DNA from: Eledone cirrhosa
Lineage: Eukaryota
NCBI GenBank assembly: GCA_964016885.1
Contig: OZ024743.1
Span: 1,240,001 to 1,304,000 of the forward strand
Length of the DNA: 64,000 nucleotides
Reading direction: 5' to 3'
In this document: positions 14,165 to 63,939 of the stretch, in pieces
Numbering within the stretch: the first letter of the stretch is position 1
Layout: the number at the start of each line of letters is the position of its first letter
Made by a program: the position numbers and the translations under genes
Notes under the pieces: model-generated
Told to the model about the DNA's origin: nothing
Database searches by the model: none
What the model saw: only the letters and a program-made list of their open reading frames with translations

Positions 14165-14222
14165 CCGTCTGAAGAGCTCAGGCTATCTTAACTTATAGTC
14201 CTCAGTGAAATACCTATAACGG
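14165..14222 (+). ncRNA. Type I hammerhead ribozyme motif between (TG)n and (TA)n
   Basis: CCGT-CTGAAGA-GCT..CTAT/ATAG..AGT-GAAA-TACCT-ATA-ACGG. Confidence 0.8.
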
Positions 14223-14275
14223 AGTTTTAAATAAACCTGAATCAACCGAATATAGCCTCCGATCTTATATATATC

Positions 14276-14413
<138 letters not shown>

Positions 14414-14589
14414 TTATATGTATATATATATATACATTGTTAAATAATAAATAAATCAACTAATACTTTAGCACTTCACACAAAGTAAAACATTTCATTT
14501 TAATCATTTTCTAACCCAGAAAAAAGAGAGAGAGAAACAAAACAGGAAAAAAAAATATTTTTCTTCCTCATAATCATCTCTTTCTCCCT

Positions 14590-14646
<57 letters not shown>

Positions 14647-14940
14647 TGCTAGTTTGAAGAATTATTAGATAAAATATATACAGTCTTTCCTCTCCCTAGT
14701 CCGTAGAAATCAACCACATAAATAATCATTTAAACGAGGCTATAAGTTTAAAATATAACTATGAAGGAATAATAGACAAATGATACAGACTATTTTCCGC
14801 GAGGGACAGCCAGATAAATTTATCTAGTCATTCCTTTTAGCCCGTAGAAATTAACTAGACAAATAATCAACTAAACGGAGTTAGGTCTAAAATATAAGTT
14901 AGAAGAAAATATGCATATAAACTTTACCAAAATCCCTCTA

Positions 14941-15033
14941 GTCCCGACCGTCGACAGTTTCGCTCTTTTTTTTTTTTTCGCGGATATATCCGAACCTGGA
15001 TTTATCCACGAGGCTTGGAGCTTATCAAGAGAC
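14941..15033 (-). ncRNA. Hammerhead ribozyme, U3-A8 variant (mirror copy)
   Basis: Reverse complement of 15523-15613. Confidence 0.75.
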
Positions 15034-15522
15034 ACCCCGAGTTTGGAATAAAATTTCTACCGTGATCACCGCCAGAAATGAATTCAAAAATGGCTAAGAA
15101 TTATCACGTGGCTAGTGATCAAGGGAGAAGGTTGTGATTGGTTGCCAGGCGACGAGTAGGCTGGTTGCTAGAAAGCGCAGCCTATTACTGTCTAAAGTGT
15201 TACTCTACCTTACGGGAGTATATATTAAATTCATAGGGATATATATTTAGACATAGATTTAGACATAGGTCACAGATACATATATGAGTATGGCTACCGT
15301 TCACGGTGTGGCTCAATGAAAACATTAATTAAGTAAATAATTATACTTCCGTAAAGTAGAGTAGGCATTATCTGGCTGCGCTTTCTAGCAACCAGCCTAC
15401 TCGCCGCCTGGCAACCAATCAGAACCTTCTGCCTTGACCACTAACCACGTGATAATTCTTAGCCATTTTTAAATTCATTTCTGGCGGTGATCACGGTAGA
15501 AATTTTAGTCCATACTTGGGGT

Positions 15523-15613
15523 GTCTCTTGATAAGCTCCAAGCATCGTGGATAAATCCGGGTTCGGATATATCCGCGAAAAAAAAAAAGAGCGAAACTGT
15601 CGACGGTCGGGAC
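15523..15613 (+). ncRNA. Hammerhead ribozyme, U3-A8 compensatory core
   Basis: GTCTC-TTGATAA-GCTC...GAGC-GAAAC-TGTCGACG-GTC-GGGAC. Confidence 0.75.
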
Positions 15614-16117
15614 TAGAGGGATTTTGGTAAAGTTTATATGCATATTTTCTCCTACCTTATATTTTAGACCTAACTCCGTTTAGTTGATTATTTGTTTAGT
15701 CAATTTCTACGGGCTAAAAGGAATGACTAGATAAATTTATCTGGCTGTCCCTCGCGGAAAATAGTCTGTATCATTTGTCTATTATTCCTTCATAGTTATA
15801 TTTTAAACTTATAGCCTCGTTTAAATGATTATTTATGTGGTTTATTTCTACGGACTAGGGAGAGGAAAGACTGTATATATTTTATCTAATAATTCTTCAA
15901 ACTTGCAATTTTATATATAGCTTTGATTAATAATTATTTGCTTAATTAATTCTTTCATTGAGCCACACCGTGAAAGTAGTCACACTCATATATGTATCTG
16001 TGACTATGTCTAAATATATGTCTAAATATATACATATTTCCCTATGAATTTATATATACATATATATATATCACAGAAAAAAAGAGAATCAGTGTTGCGA
16101 CGAATGGAATTTATTGA

Positions 16118-16217
16118 ACATATTACAATCGTTTCTCTGGCGACCAGCTCGAGTCGAGGCACGATCAATGTGATGATCGAACCTGACTCTGAAAATCTTA
16201 AGGTCCTCAGATACGTC
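16118..16217 (-). ncRNA. Hammerhead ribozyme motif (same family as 8243-8327)
   Basis: Minus strand GACGTAT-CTGAGGA...GAAACGATTGTA-ATATGT. Confidence 0.65.
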
Positions 16218-17802
16218 TTGATTCTACGAAGCAGATTTTCCTAATGTCATTTTAAATCGATATCCTTCGCTTGTCGGCTTAGATCTTGTTGTTGTCATTC
16301 CACGAGAGGTCAAGAATTGTACACGTCATCGGTATTTCTAGCCACTCATGGTTGTCCACTATTTGGTTCTTTTCATTGTCCACCTGTCAATCGAAGTTGT
16401 TTCTTAGATCGGAATTACTACTGTAGTAGGTAAGGGGTTGTATGCTTGAACTGCTGGCGGCCCTCGACGTCTTCTCTGTCTTTAGGGGCCCTCGTCCACA
16501 CCGATCACGTACACATCCGCAACTGTATTGTATGCGACAATCACCATAAATAATGCTTGGAGGGAATTTGTTTAATAAATTATAAAAATACTTAGCATAA
16601 CATTTAAGAACGCAGCCTCAGAATACCTTAAAACATACATATTTCATAAAGAAAAAAAACTCTGTACAAAGAACGTTTTTAAATGAATGCTTGGAACAGC
16701 CTTTCAAAAAAAAAGGTTATTTCGAAGGTATTTTTGATAAATATACACATATCTACACTCACACACTGTACTCAGGGAAGCGTGTATAGCTAAGACGCTG
16801 TACATATATACACAGATGAAAAAAAAGATCTACACATAGGCATTGATACCCTCACACAGACATGTTCATACAAATACATCCACCCAGACATGTGCACACA
16901 TTGAGCATGCATATTTGCATAGACACACATACATACATGTACCCGCGTATGTTCATACCGAAGGCACATACTTGATGAATACCCTCCCATCCGTACACAC
17001 ACGCGCAGCTGTGCACATGGTGCACATGGTGCACATAGTATTATATGGGACAACGTTCTTGAGGCTTGGACCCAACCCGATCATGTGGCGATATAAGCCC
17101 GAACGGGCATGCACAATATTTATAAATGTTATAGCCACATAGTATCCCTGCACTAATCACATAGTATCCCTGCACTAATCACATATAACTTGGGTGGCAC
17201 ATATCTATAAAAAAAAATTCCTGTACGTACATAAAATAAAATAATATAAAATATAAAATAAAATAAAATGCTGGAAAAAGGAATGTATACATGACAAGGA
17301 TGCAGGAGTGGTGTGCGTAAAGTTGCATAAAATACTTGAGGGCTGTGGTGCATATGGTTATATAATATACATGGGGACTGGTGATCTAAAGGACTGGGTA
17401 AGAGTCTGCACATGATGCAGGTCTCATGGCTGGTGGACAAATGGGGATCTTGCGTGCGTACACAAACAAGTTATATATATTGTGGATGTGTATAACACCC
17501 ATTTCATAATAGTATATATGAGGTGTACATGTAGTGGATGTATACATGGAATATATAGGGTATGTGTTTCATAACAGTATATATAAAATGTACGTGGAAT
17601 GTATGCATGATTGGAATGTGCCAGCGGCTTGTGTTGTAGGCGTGTATATATCAACGGCAGGCAAAGTTAAAATTTACTGCGACATTAACCTTAAGACCAG
17701 CATCAGGTCCGGCATCTAAGTAGCAAATTAAACACCACGAATCGAAGATCGAAAATCAAAAATTGGAAATTTAAAAATTATATACAATTATTTATATATA
17801 TA

Positions 17803-18530
17803 TAAATATAAGTATGTATACGTACATACATATATGTATACAGACGTACAGTAATATGTGTATATACATGCACACATATATATATGTACGTATGGATTTA
17901 CCGAACATTTATTATAATGCTCGGTGTGTTTGTAAACAAACAACCCGAATTAAGCCGTAGTGTCTAGCAACCATCGTTGCCCTTTTATTTAATACTGACA
18001 AAGGAACGCTGTACTAGTTTCAAGCTTATTAGCTATCGTCAGCACCGTATAGCTTCCTGCCAGATGATTGAACGTCTGAAAGTATATACTTTCCTTCTGC
18101 ATATTAACGGCTGAGCAGCCTAATTGCATATCGAGTGAGTTAATCGATATGCAAATTAGGCTGCTCAGCCGTTAATATGCAGAAGGAAAGTATATACTTT
18201 CAGACGTTCAATCATCTGGCAGGAAGGTATACGGTGCTGACGATAGCTAATAAGCTTGAAACTAGTACATCGTTCCTTTGTCAGAATTGAACAAAAGGGC
18301 AACGATGGTTGCTAAACACTGTACGGCTTAATTCGGGTTGTTTGTTTACAAACACACCGAGCATTATAATAAATGTTCGGTGAATCCATACGTACATATA
18401 TATGTGTGCATGTATGTATATATACATACTACTGTACGTCTGTATACATATATGTATGTACGTGTACATACTTATATTTAAGTAACAGCCGTACTAAGAG
18501 TGAGAAATGAAATTTCGTTTCATTTGTTCC

Positions 18531-18535
<5 letters not shown>
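17803..18535. mobile_element. Foldback non-autonomous hammerhead element (arms of about 330 bp, centre near 18140) in (TA)n
   Basis: 17803-18135 is the reverse complement of 18144-18480; same family as 55651-56180. Confidence 0.85.
18231..18273 (+). ncRNA. Minimal type I hammerhead ribozyme (mirror copy at 18006-18048, minus strand)
   Basis: ACGGTG-CTGACGA-tAGCT aata AGCTt-GAAA-CTA-GTA-CATCGT; palindromic ACTAGT stem III. Confidence 0.85.
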
Positions 18536-18586
<51 letters not shown>

Positions 18587-18590
<4 letters not shown>

Positions 18591-18741
18591 AGAGTCAGGA
18601 CCCCGACGGCTAAGCTCCGGCCGTTTCGACAGCTAGATCCGAACTTGGTCTTGACTCTTTTCCTATTACCCACTCTACTACCCTAAGCATCGAGTACTTT
18701 GGTGCGTTATGGTCCACCTGGTTTCTTACCACACTTTCTTT
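18587..18741 (+). mobile_element. Short pLTR-like element with an inverted half-hammerhead at its 5' end (family also at 30397, 37303, 61310, 63655)
   Basis: Shared CCTATTACCCACTCTACT..GAGTAC..GGTGCGTTATGGT tail and inverted GAAACGGC..GCCGTCGGGG; (TA)n on both sides. Confidence 0.7.
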
Positions 18742-19154
18742 ATATATATATATTTATATATGTGTGTGTAAGTATAAATTGAACCCAGATACAGACTAGA
18801 CACTTTAACATTTAAGCTAAAGAGCCATGACAATTTTCTTCGCGTCATATTAACTAGATAACTGGACAACAGCTTTCAGATGTCAGCAAGCAGAGAGAAT
18901 GACAGACAGCCGTATGTAAACAAATAATCCACGAGGCAGAATTTTCGGCTTTTGAAGCGCTGAGAATATATGTATATATATATATGTATATATATAAAAA
19001 AAAGTGCTCACGCGCAGAAATGCTACAAAGATAGCTAATAAAAAGCCGGAAAAGGAAGTTGGCAACGGCCGCTATGAGGAATTTAACTCCATATCTTCCA
19101 GCCTTTATGCGTTTGAGCACTTTCCTTATACTTATATATATATACATATACTCA

Positions 19155-19325
19155 TAGATTGGCTTAGTGCGTGCAGGACAGTCTTGTCGCCCCGCGCGCA
19201 TCTCGGATAGGCCCGGATGACGACACTTCCATGCCTATAAAGTTTATCTCGAACTAGCAATGTTCCCCGGTAGCACTGCCAGGTCAGGGATTTCTGGAAG
19301 TTATCCATTGGCCCTTGACTGGGTG
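19155..19325 (-). mobile_element. Tx1 ORF2 fragment
   Basis: GPMDNFQKSLTWQCYRGTLLVRDKLYRHG matches the copy at 170-1160. Confidence 0.8.
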
Positions 19326-19814
19326 ATATTGGCAATATCACGGAAACAAACTGAAACTTGTCTAAAGTCGTTGTTCGCTCAGGCCAAAAAGATTAAATAA
19401 TATTTGTCATTAAACGAATGTTGCATCTTTTCGCTGCATAAGTATAACCGACAAGATTTTTTAAAGCATTGTAACATCAGATATGATAATTGACATATAC
19501 GATAAAAGGTAGAGACCAACCAGAGTTAATATATTATATTTTTAAATTTACTTATTGTCGTTTGTGTTCAGATTTTAATTGTATAAACAAAATAATCTAA
19601 TGTAAATATGAATCCTACCTCCTTAATCTGATTGTAAATATCGATTTAGGAAACGTACATATTATTCAGTTTCCGTTTGTTTTATTTGAAGAAAATGCAA
19701 TCAATTTTGACGACGACACACACACACACACACACACATATGTGTTTGTGTGTGTGTGTATGTGTGTGCGTGTGCTATATGTAATAATATATGTATGATT
19801 TTACGTGACTATGC

Positions 19815-19876
<62 letters not shown>

Positions 19877-20285
19877 CGTGTGTAGAGTGAGTGGAGAGAT
19901 TGAGAGGGCTGTGTGTGTGTGTGTGTGTGTGCATGTGTGTATTTTTACAGTGCTTACATTGAACAGCATAGATTCTGATGTAACTTCTGTTTCGTCATCT
20001 GGTAAAGGTAAATATATGTATGGATGTCAGGAAATATTGACATTTCATTCAACTTTGAGGTCCCTGTTGATAAAACTTCACTGAATGTAGGCGCGAACCC
20101 TTTTAGAAAGAAAGGTTAATATCTGAAAATGTTAGTATCAAACACTAAAATTAGGAGACATAAAGGAACATATAAATAATTATTATATTCGTACTTCGAT
20201 ATTCTTATTTCAATTCCCTCTAATTTGCTGCATTTCAATGGACGCACATGCACACACACACACACACATACACACACACATATCG

Positions 20286-20340
<55 letters not shown>

Positions 20341-20345
<5 letters not shown>

Positions 20346-20487
20346 TTAAATAACAGATTAAAGTTTAAGCAAAGAATCGCTGCTTTCACCCTTAACGGGA
20401 TCTTCTGAAACTCAGAGTTTCAGAAAATCCCGCTAAGGGTGAAAGCAGCGATTCTTTGCTTAAACTTTAATCTGTTATTGTAATAAA
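20341..20487. mobile_element. Palindromic pair of hammerhead motifs with a CAGAAGA core (centre 20414)
   Basis: GAGTTT-CAGAA(G/A)A-TCCC gctaa GGGT-GAAA-GCAG..TTG-CTT-AAACTT; family also at 8170-8210 and 46992-47085. Confidence 0.7.
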
Positions 20488-20752
20488 TATTTGCTCTACG
20501 GTTCTTATATATTTGATATATATTTATCCTTATCGAGCCCTCTTTGGATTTTAGGCTTCAAATTTATTATTATTACTATATATATATATAGACATATATA
20601 TATATTTCGTTTCTGAATTTGTTTAGCAAGATTCTTTATCTGAAATCGTGTGTTGAAACCGATATTGTTATACTTTGGGAGGGTCATGTTGCCAACAAAA
20701 TGGCGTAGGATAGAAGAAAGGAAAGGCACAGAAACGAAGAAAGAAATCCCCA

Positions 20753-20795
20753 GTCACTGAAGAGGTCACAGAGTGTGTGACGAAAGAACTATGAC
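20753..20795 (+). ncRNA. Minimal hammerhead in a solo pLTR (20666-20950) of the Penelope-like family at 61408-62932
   Basis: GTCA-CTGAAGA-gGTCACA gagtg TGTGAC-GAAA-GAA-CTA-TGAC; 20666-20697 is the inverted copy of 20922-20950. Confidence 0.8.
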
Positions 20796-20977
20796 TATAT
20801 ATATATAAACAACTATCTGGTTGTGGAACCAACCAACCAACCAGAAATTTATAAATTTGTAAACTTATAAATATTTAATAAATTAAATTGAAGTGAAAGC
20901 AACTGGTGCGTGTGTTTCTTATTGGCAACATGACCCTCCCAAAGTATAACCATATATATATACATATATATATATCG

Positions 20978-21098
<121 letters not shown>

Positions 21099-21167
21099 TG
21101 TGTGTGTCTGTGTGTGTCTCTGTGTGTGTGTGTGTGTGTGTGTGTGTCTGTGTGTGTCTGTGTGTGT

Positions 21168-21266
<99 letters not shown>

Positions 21267-21578
21267 CATCCATTGAAATGCAGCAAATTAGAGGGAATTG
21301 AAATAAGAATATCGAAGTACGAATATAATAATTATTTATATGTTCCTTTATGTCTCCTAATTTTAGTGTTTGATACTAACATTTTCAGATACTAACCTTT
21401 CTTTCTAAAAGGGTTCGCGCCTACATTCAGTGAAGTTTTATCAACAGGGACCTCAAAGTTGAATGAAATGTCAATATTTTCTGACATCCATACATATATT
21501 TACCTTTACCAGATGACGAAACAGAAGTTACATCAGAATCTATGCTGTTCAATGTAAGCACTGTAAAAATACACACAT

Positions 21579-21612
<34 letters not shown>

Positions 21613-21669
21613 CCCTTTCAAACTCTCCACTCACTCTACATATATACCTATATATATATATATATAACA

Positions 21670-21733
<64 letters not shown>

Positions 21734-22019
21734 AATAAAACAAGGATTTTATTGATTAAGCTAAGCTACGAACGTTTCACAGATGGTTGGCTCAATATCC
21801 ATATTTGTGTTATAGACCCGATTCCAGCCCCAATCTGCCATTTAATGTATACACTCTGCTAGAGCATTGATTGCTAATATTGACACCTTCCTCAGTAAAC
21901 CCCAAATCTATTGAATAACCCTACAATTATTTTCATGAACAGGATTGACATGCTTGGAAATGCTATCACGACTGGCGGGTATAAAATCAGTGGGCTCAAA
22001 CGACATGGTGTTACTTAAC

Positions 22020-22650
22020 TCGACAGAAAGTGATTTTCGACTTTGACTTCATAGGTTTGATGCCGAGTGCTGCAGGACTGTTATGAAAATCAGTGCAGCA
22101 AAAACTGAGACATTCGTCTTCTCAAGGAAGCCTGTGTAGTGCACTCTACATGTGAATGGAGTTCCACTGTAGCATGTGGAGAAGTTCAAGTATCTTGAGG
22201 GCCCTATTCAAGAGTGATGTAAGGCAGGAGGCTGAAATAAGTGCAATAATTGCAGGAGCTAGTGCAGTAATGTGCCAGCTTCACCATTCGGTAATCAGAA
22301 GAGGGAGGTAGATGTAACAGTCAAACTCTCCATCTTCAATTCGGTATTCGTGACAACCGTTACTTATGTTCATGAATCTTAGGTAATGACCGAAATAATA
22401 CGATCGCGAATACAAGCGGCCAAATGGGGTTCCTCCGAACGGTCTTCGGTGTAACGTTACTCAATAAAGTCACTCCAGTTAAAAGCGCTACTTCTCCGAA
22501 TTGAGAGATCACAGCTCCTATTCTATGAGCAGGTGGTTAGAATGTCTCAGGAAAGAATCGCTGGGCAGATTTTACAGGCAAACCAGCCGGCAGTAGACCA
22601 GGGGTAGACCACGAGCAATATAACTGGATAACATCCATGAGCTTGGGTGG
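22020..22650 (+). mobile_element. Decayed RTE-like LINE reverse transcriptase C-terminal fragment
   Basis: Translates with stops as KISAAKTETFVFSRKP..LHVNGVPL.HVEKFKYL; downstream GSRP.GRPR-like motif. Confidence 0.65.
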
Positions 22651-22921
22651 TCTTGCTTGTGAATAAAGCCAAATATATATATGTAAATAAAATTGGTGAT
22701 TCCTTCGCTTAATAACTTGCGTAACAGTTCCTATAACTGTCTAGTTGTTTCGGGCAGTGGCCCAATATAGGTTTGTTCTTCTTTGTCTTGATTTATTACG
22801 TTAAATTAAGTCTGGCAAACCACATTGTTATAGTTAGTATTTTTTTCACCCTAGTGAACCTGGCCCTTTACAATTCGAACACATGTATGTTTATATTTGT
22901 GTTTATCTCTCGTGTATATTC

Positions 22922-22991
<70 letters not shown>

Positions 22992-22997
<6 letters not shown>

Positions 22998-23413
22998 AGA
23001 TCAAAAGATGGTTAAAGGAGTTCCATGTATTTTATTATGCGCATTTCAAAAACAAACATCATCATGCAATAATATTTGTGTTTTCATCAGATAAAACAGG
23101 AGAACATGATATGAAGGCTAAAAAACACTTGTGGATAGTGCAGTTTTAAATCAACATATCATATGTTGATTTAAAACTGCACTATCCACAAGTGTTTTTT
23201 AGCCTTCATATCATGTTCTCCTGTTTTATCTGATGAAAACACAAATATTATTGCATGATGATGTTTGTTTTTGAAATGCGCATAATAAAATACATGGAAC
23301 TCCTTTAACCATCTTTTGATCTTATATTATGTATACTCCAGTCCTACAAACTGTAGAGTGCTTCTTATCCGATATCTGCATTGCTTTATTGTACTACAAT
23401 AAAACTCACCTCC

Positions 23414-23415
<2 letters not shown>
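22992..23415. mobile_element. Perfect 337-bp palindrome (22992-23328, centre 23160) plus 3' tail; hammerhead-bearing pLTR-like element in (TA)n
   Basis: Arms are exact reverse complements as read; hammerhead in each arm. Confidence 0.9.
23222..23292 (+). ncRNA. Minimal type I hammerhead ribozyme (mirror copy at 23028-23098, minus strand)
   Basis: TGTTTTAT-CTGATGA-AAAcACAAATATTAT..ATGATGTTTGTtTTT-GAAA-T-GCGC-ATA-ATAAAATA. Confidence 0.9.
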
Positions 23416-23465
<50 letters not shown>

Positions 23466-23499
23466 TTGCGAGGTTTTTGATATGAAATCGTCTGTCGAA

Positions 23500-24372
23500 A
23501 GGGTAATATTGTTGTAATATTGCCAGAAATAATAACAGAACACACTCACTGTTTGGTTGGTTTTCGCTTCTGTATCTTGTATATCTCCATAGTTAATTCA
23601 TTCGGCATCAATGTTTATCATTGATTGACCAACGGTCAAAAATATAGATATAAATACATATATACATATATATAGTCTAACAAAGTTCTTTCGCTGCACA
23701 TCTGCAACATTATCAGTGGTATTATTATGTTTCCTCCTGTTGTATTGTATGTCTACGCCATTTTTCTTTTATCTGTTTATTTATTTATTTATTTCTGTCT
23801 TCTCTGCGCATGCGTTTGCATGTGTGTGTAGTGTTTGGTGTGTGTATTCGCGTTTGGGTTACTGTGTTTTGGTTATTGTATTCTATCTTAGTTTACTAGT
23901 GTGTGTTTATATGTGTTTGTTATTAATGTGCTTGTGTATATATTTATTTATTTATTTATTTATATTTCTCTTAAGTCAGTGTTGTTTGTTTGGGAGTTGA
24001 AGAAAAAATGAATGGAATAACAACAACACCCAAAGAGAAATAGAAATAAATAAATAAATAAATAAATAAATAGATATATACACAAGCACCGTTGGTCAAT
24101 CAATGATAAATATTGATTGCCGAATGAATTAACTATGGAGATATAAAAGATACAGAAGCGAAAACCAACCAAACATTGAGTGTGTTCTGTCATTATTTCT
24201 GGCAATATTATTATCAGGGGTTAACTTTGCCTTTCATCCTTACGGGGTCGATAAAATAAAGTACCAGTCACGCACTGGGGTCGATTTAATCGACTTTCCC
24301 CTCCCCCAAAATTGCTGGCCTTGTGCCTATATAAGAAACCATTATTACAACAATATGACCCTCGCCAAGTAT

Positions 24373-24375
<3 letters not shown>
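23500..24375. mobile_element. Penelope-type pLTR remnant with inverted ends and a nested SINE fragment (24216-24345); degenerate hammerhead at about 23676-23720 on the minus strand
   Basis: 23516-23634 is inverted at 24089-24209; minus strand CTGATAA..GAAAGAACTT; related to 60180-60345 and the 62.5-62.9 kb tail. Confidence 0.6.
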
Positions 24376-24412
<37 letters not shown>

Positions 24413-25589
24413 GCAGAGAGAGAGATCACGGAAGTCACCGAAGTTATTTTAGAGACCCCTACCACCACCACCGCCCATAGCTCCTACGTTCCATGCAATA
24501 CCAAGTGTACAGTTGGAAGCTGGTCGTTGCATTGTGGATCGAACACAATTAGTGAGTTTTACGGCATTTATCAGGTATTGGTGACACTGATATATCTCCT
24601 GTACGGAATTCCGTTTTGTCGCAATTATATGTCTATAACGGTTATTAGAATTGTCATATGCGGAGAACGTCACTAAATGTTACGTAAACCGGGTTAATTT
24701 CAATATTTCAGCAGAATGCCCGACCATATCTTGTCTATATCTGAGTGTGGCCGATAAGTGAGCCCGCTACTTTGTCGACTCTAGCAATTCACTAACTTAC
24801 TATCACATGAACACGAAAATTGTGACAGACACTCGTGGAAACCGGAAGTATCATTACTCACTGTATATTTTAAAGTAGATTTAAATGATTCAAAGATTAT
24901 ATCTATACCGTTATCCAAATATTTTTGATATTGATGCATCGGTAAAGACATCTCCTATCCAACCGGAAACCCAGACCATAAGATGCCCCTCATCAGCCGT
25001 GTTAATTCCTCCATGACCTTAATTTCTGTCACCTATATACGCACAAAAATGCACATATAACAGATCTCCAAGCACACATCAAAACGACCCTAATATTTTG
25101 GGGAGTTCAGTTTTTACTTTTTTAGGAAAATTTTAGAACATTTTTTTTAAAATGAGGATTAAGATTTACAACCCTGCGTAACACACACATTTCAATTAAA
25201 ACTTGGCTACACACCCTACATTCTGGATATCATTGGGAAAAACGTCCGTTCATTTCTTCAAAAAACCTCAAAGAGATTTATCCCCCCTTGCTCTTTTTAA
25301 CGCCGAAAGGTTTACGATATGCGACCTTTTTCTGAGCTCTTTTAAATTCCTTTAAAGTATTTATTAAAATGAAAAAAGGGGCCATAGAACTGGGAGAAAT
25401 AAGCCAAAATGGGGAGATTTTTACATAATGAAAGTTATACCCATTTTCTCAAGAGAAGACAGCTTTCACCCACCCCCAAAGTGAGTGGGAGATCTCCCTG
25501 ACGGACGGGGAAAGTTGACAGGTTTCTCTCTATATATATGTATATTCATCTTATCAGCTATCCTTCTAATCACCTTTCATTCAACTGCT

Positions 25590-25840
25590 TACTCGTGCAA
25601 TTTCGTACAAGTGACTGAGCATTCCAAAGATACGTGTAACCTTAACGTCGTTCTCGGGGGGTTCAGTATGTCAAGGCTGGACGTTTGAACTACAGGTACA
25701 AATAATTTTTGCCAGCTGAGTAGACTGAAGTTACGTGAAATAAATGTCTTGCTCAAGGACATAAGGTGCCGCCGGGAATCAAACTTACAACCTTATGGTC
25801 GTAAGTAAAACTCCTTAACCATTAGGCTACACGCCTTCAC
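25590..25840 (-). mobile_element. tRNA-derived SINE (family B, CCTTGAGCAAGACA core)
   Basis: Shares TGTCTTGCTCAAGGA and CAGCTGAGT core with the copies at 33.0, 36.8, 37.5, 39.5 and 40.3 kb. Confidence 0.7.
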
Positions 25841-26334
25841 CGACATATATACTCATATATGACAATTTGTAAACGAACACCATCCTACCTACTTGTCGAA
25901 CTACACAAACAAACAGAACCACGAACACGCCTCCCATATATTTATCTCTCTACTTCTATCACTCAAAAACGATAGTTTTCATACATATTCAGTTCATCTT
26001 TCTGTATCGATCTCCCTGCGTTATGACAAATTATTTTTAATCCCACCTACAGGATACTCATTACAGCAATCTCCAACCTACCAACCTACATTATTTTAAC
26101 TGCTTTCCTACCTACCTCTCCACCTGTCTATCCATCCATCTATCTATATATCTACCTATCTATCTTTCTATCTGTCTATTTACTTACCTACCTACCTATC
26201 TTCCAACCTACAACGTAACTACATATCTACTTACCGATTTACATACCCATCTCCCTTCCTGAGCACTCGCCACCTGCCCTCCTTCCCACACATATTTGTA
26301 TATGTGTGTGTGTGGGTGTATACACTCCCACCCT

Positions 26335-26370
<36 letters not shown>

Positions 26371-26440
26371 AGTAGTCAAATGACCGTTTCTTCAGGCATC
26401 GGACCAGTTCTATGAACCGGACGTCCAATACAACCAAACC

Positions 26441-63296
<36,856 letters not shown>

Positions 63297-63367
63297 GTAA
63301 ATATGTTTGTAATTATGATGAAAATATTACTGTTATATACCGTATATATATATATAATTGTTTTACT

Positions 63368-63531
63368 TTAGGCACAAGGCCAGCAATTACCCAGTGCATT
63401 ACTGGTACTTTATTTTATCGACCCCGTAAGGATGAAATGCAAAGTCAACCTCGGCGGGATTTGAACTCAGATCGTAAAGGGACGTAACTATGCTGGAAAG
63501 CATGGCGTTTGACCCTCTACCGATACTGCCA
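63368..63531 (-). mobile_element. tRNA-derived SINE (family A)
   Basis: Near-identical reverse complement of 38626-38785. Confidence 0.85.
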
Positions 63532-63633
<102 letters not shown>

Positions 63634-63654
63634 TATATATATGTGTGTGTATAT

Positions 63655-63865
63655 ATAAGAACGAATAGGACCCCGACGGCTGAGCTCAAGCCGTTTCGAC
63701 GGCTAATTCTGGACTAAAACCTGATTTTAGTCCAGAATTAGCCATCGAAACGGCTTGAGCTCAGCCGTCGGGGTTCTACTCGTTCCTATTACCCACTCTA
63801 CTCCCCTAAGTATTGAGTACTTTGGTGCGTTATGGTTCATCTGGTTCCTTACCACATTTCCTTCG

Positions 63866-63868
<3 letters not shown>
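63655..63868 (+). mobile_element. Short pLTR-like element with a foldback half-hammerhead
   Basis: Palindrome 63670-63775 centred on CCTGA, then CCTATTACCCACTCTACTC..GAGTAC tail and (TA)n. Confidence 0.8.

Positions 63869-63939
<71 letters not shown>

Larger units (their letters stand above)
14641..16045. mobile_element. Foldback Penelope-type pLTR element: inverted arms of about 540 bp (14641-15185 / 15375-15912) plus a second inverted pair (about 15230-15335 / 15940-16050)
   Basis: Arms are near-identical reverse complements, each holds a hammerhead motif, and the element is bounded by (TA)n. Confidence 0.8.

Noticed and set aside
21765-21850. Minus-strand GAAACGTTCGTA half-hammerhead
   Set aside because: No recognisable CUGANGA box or stem I; the partial motif at about 32925 was rejected for the same reason.
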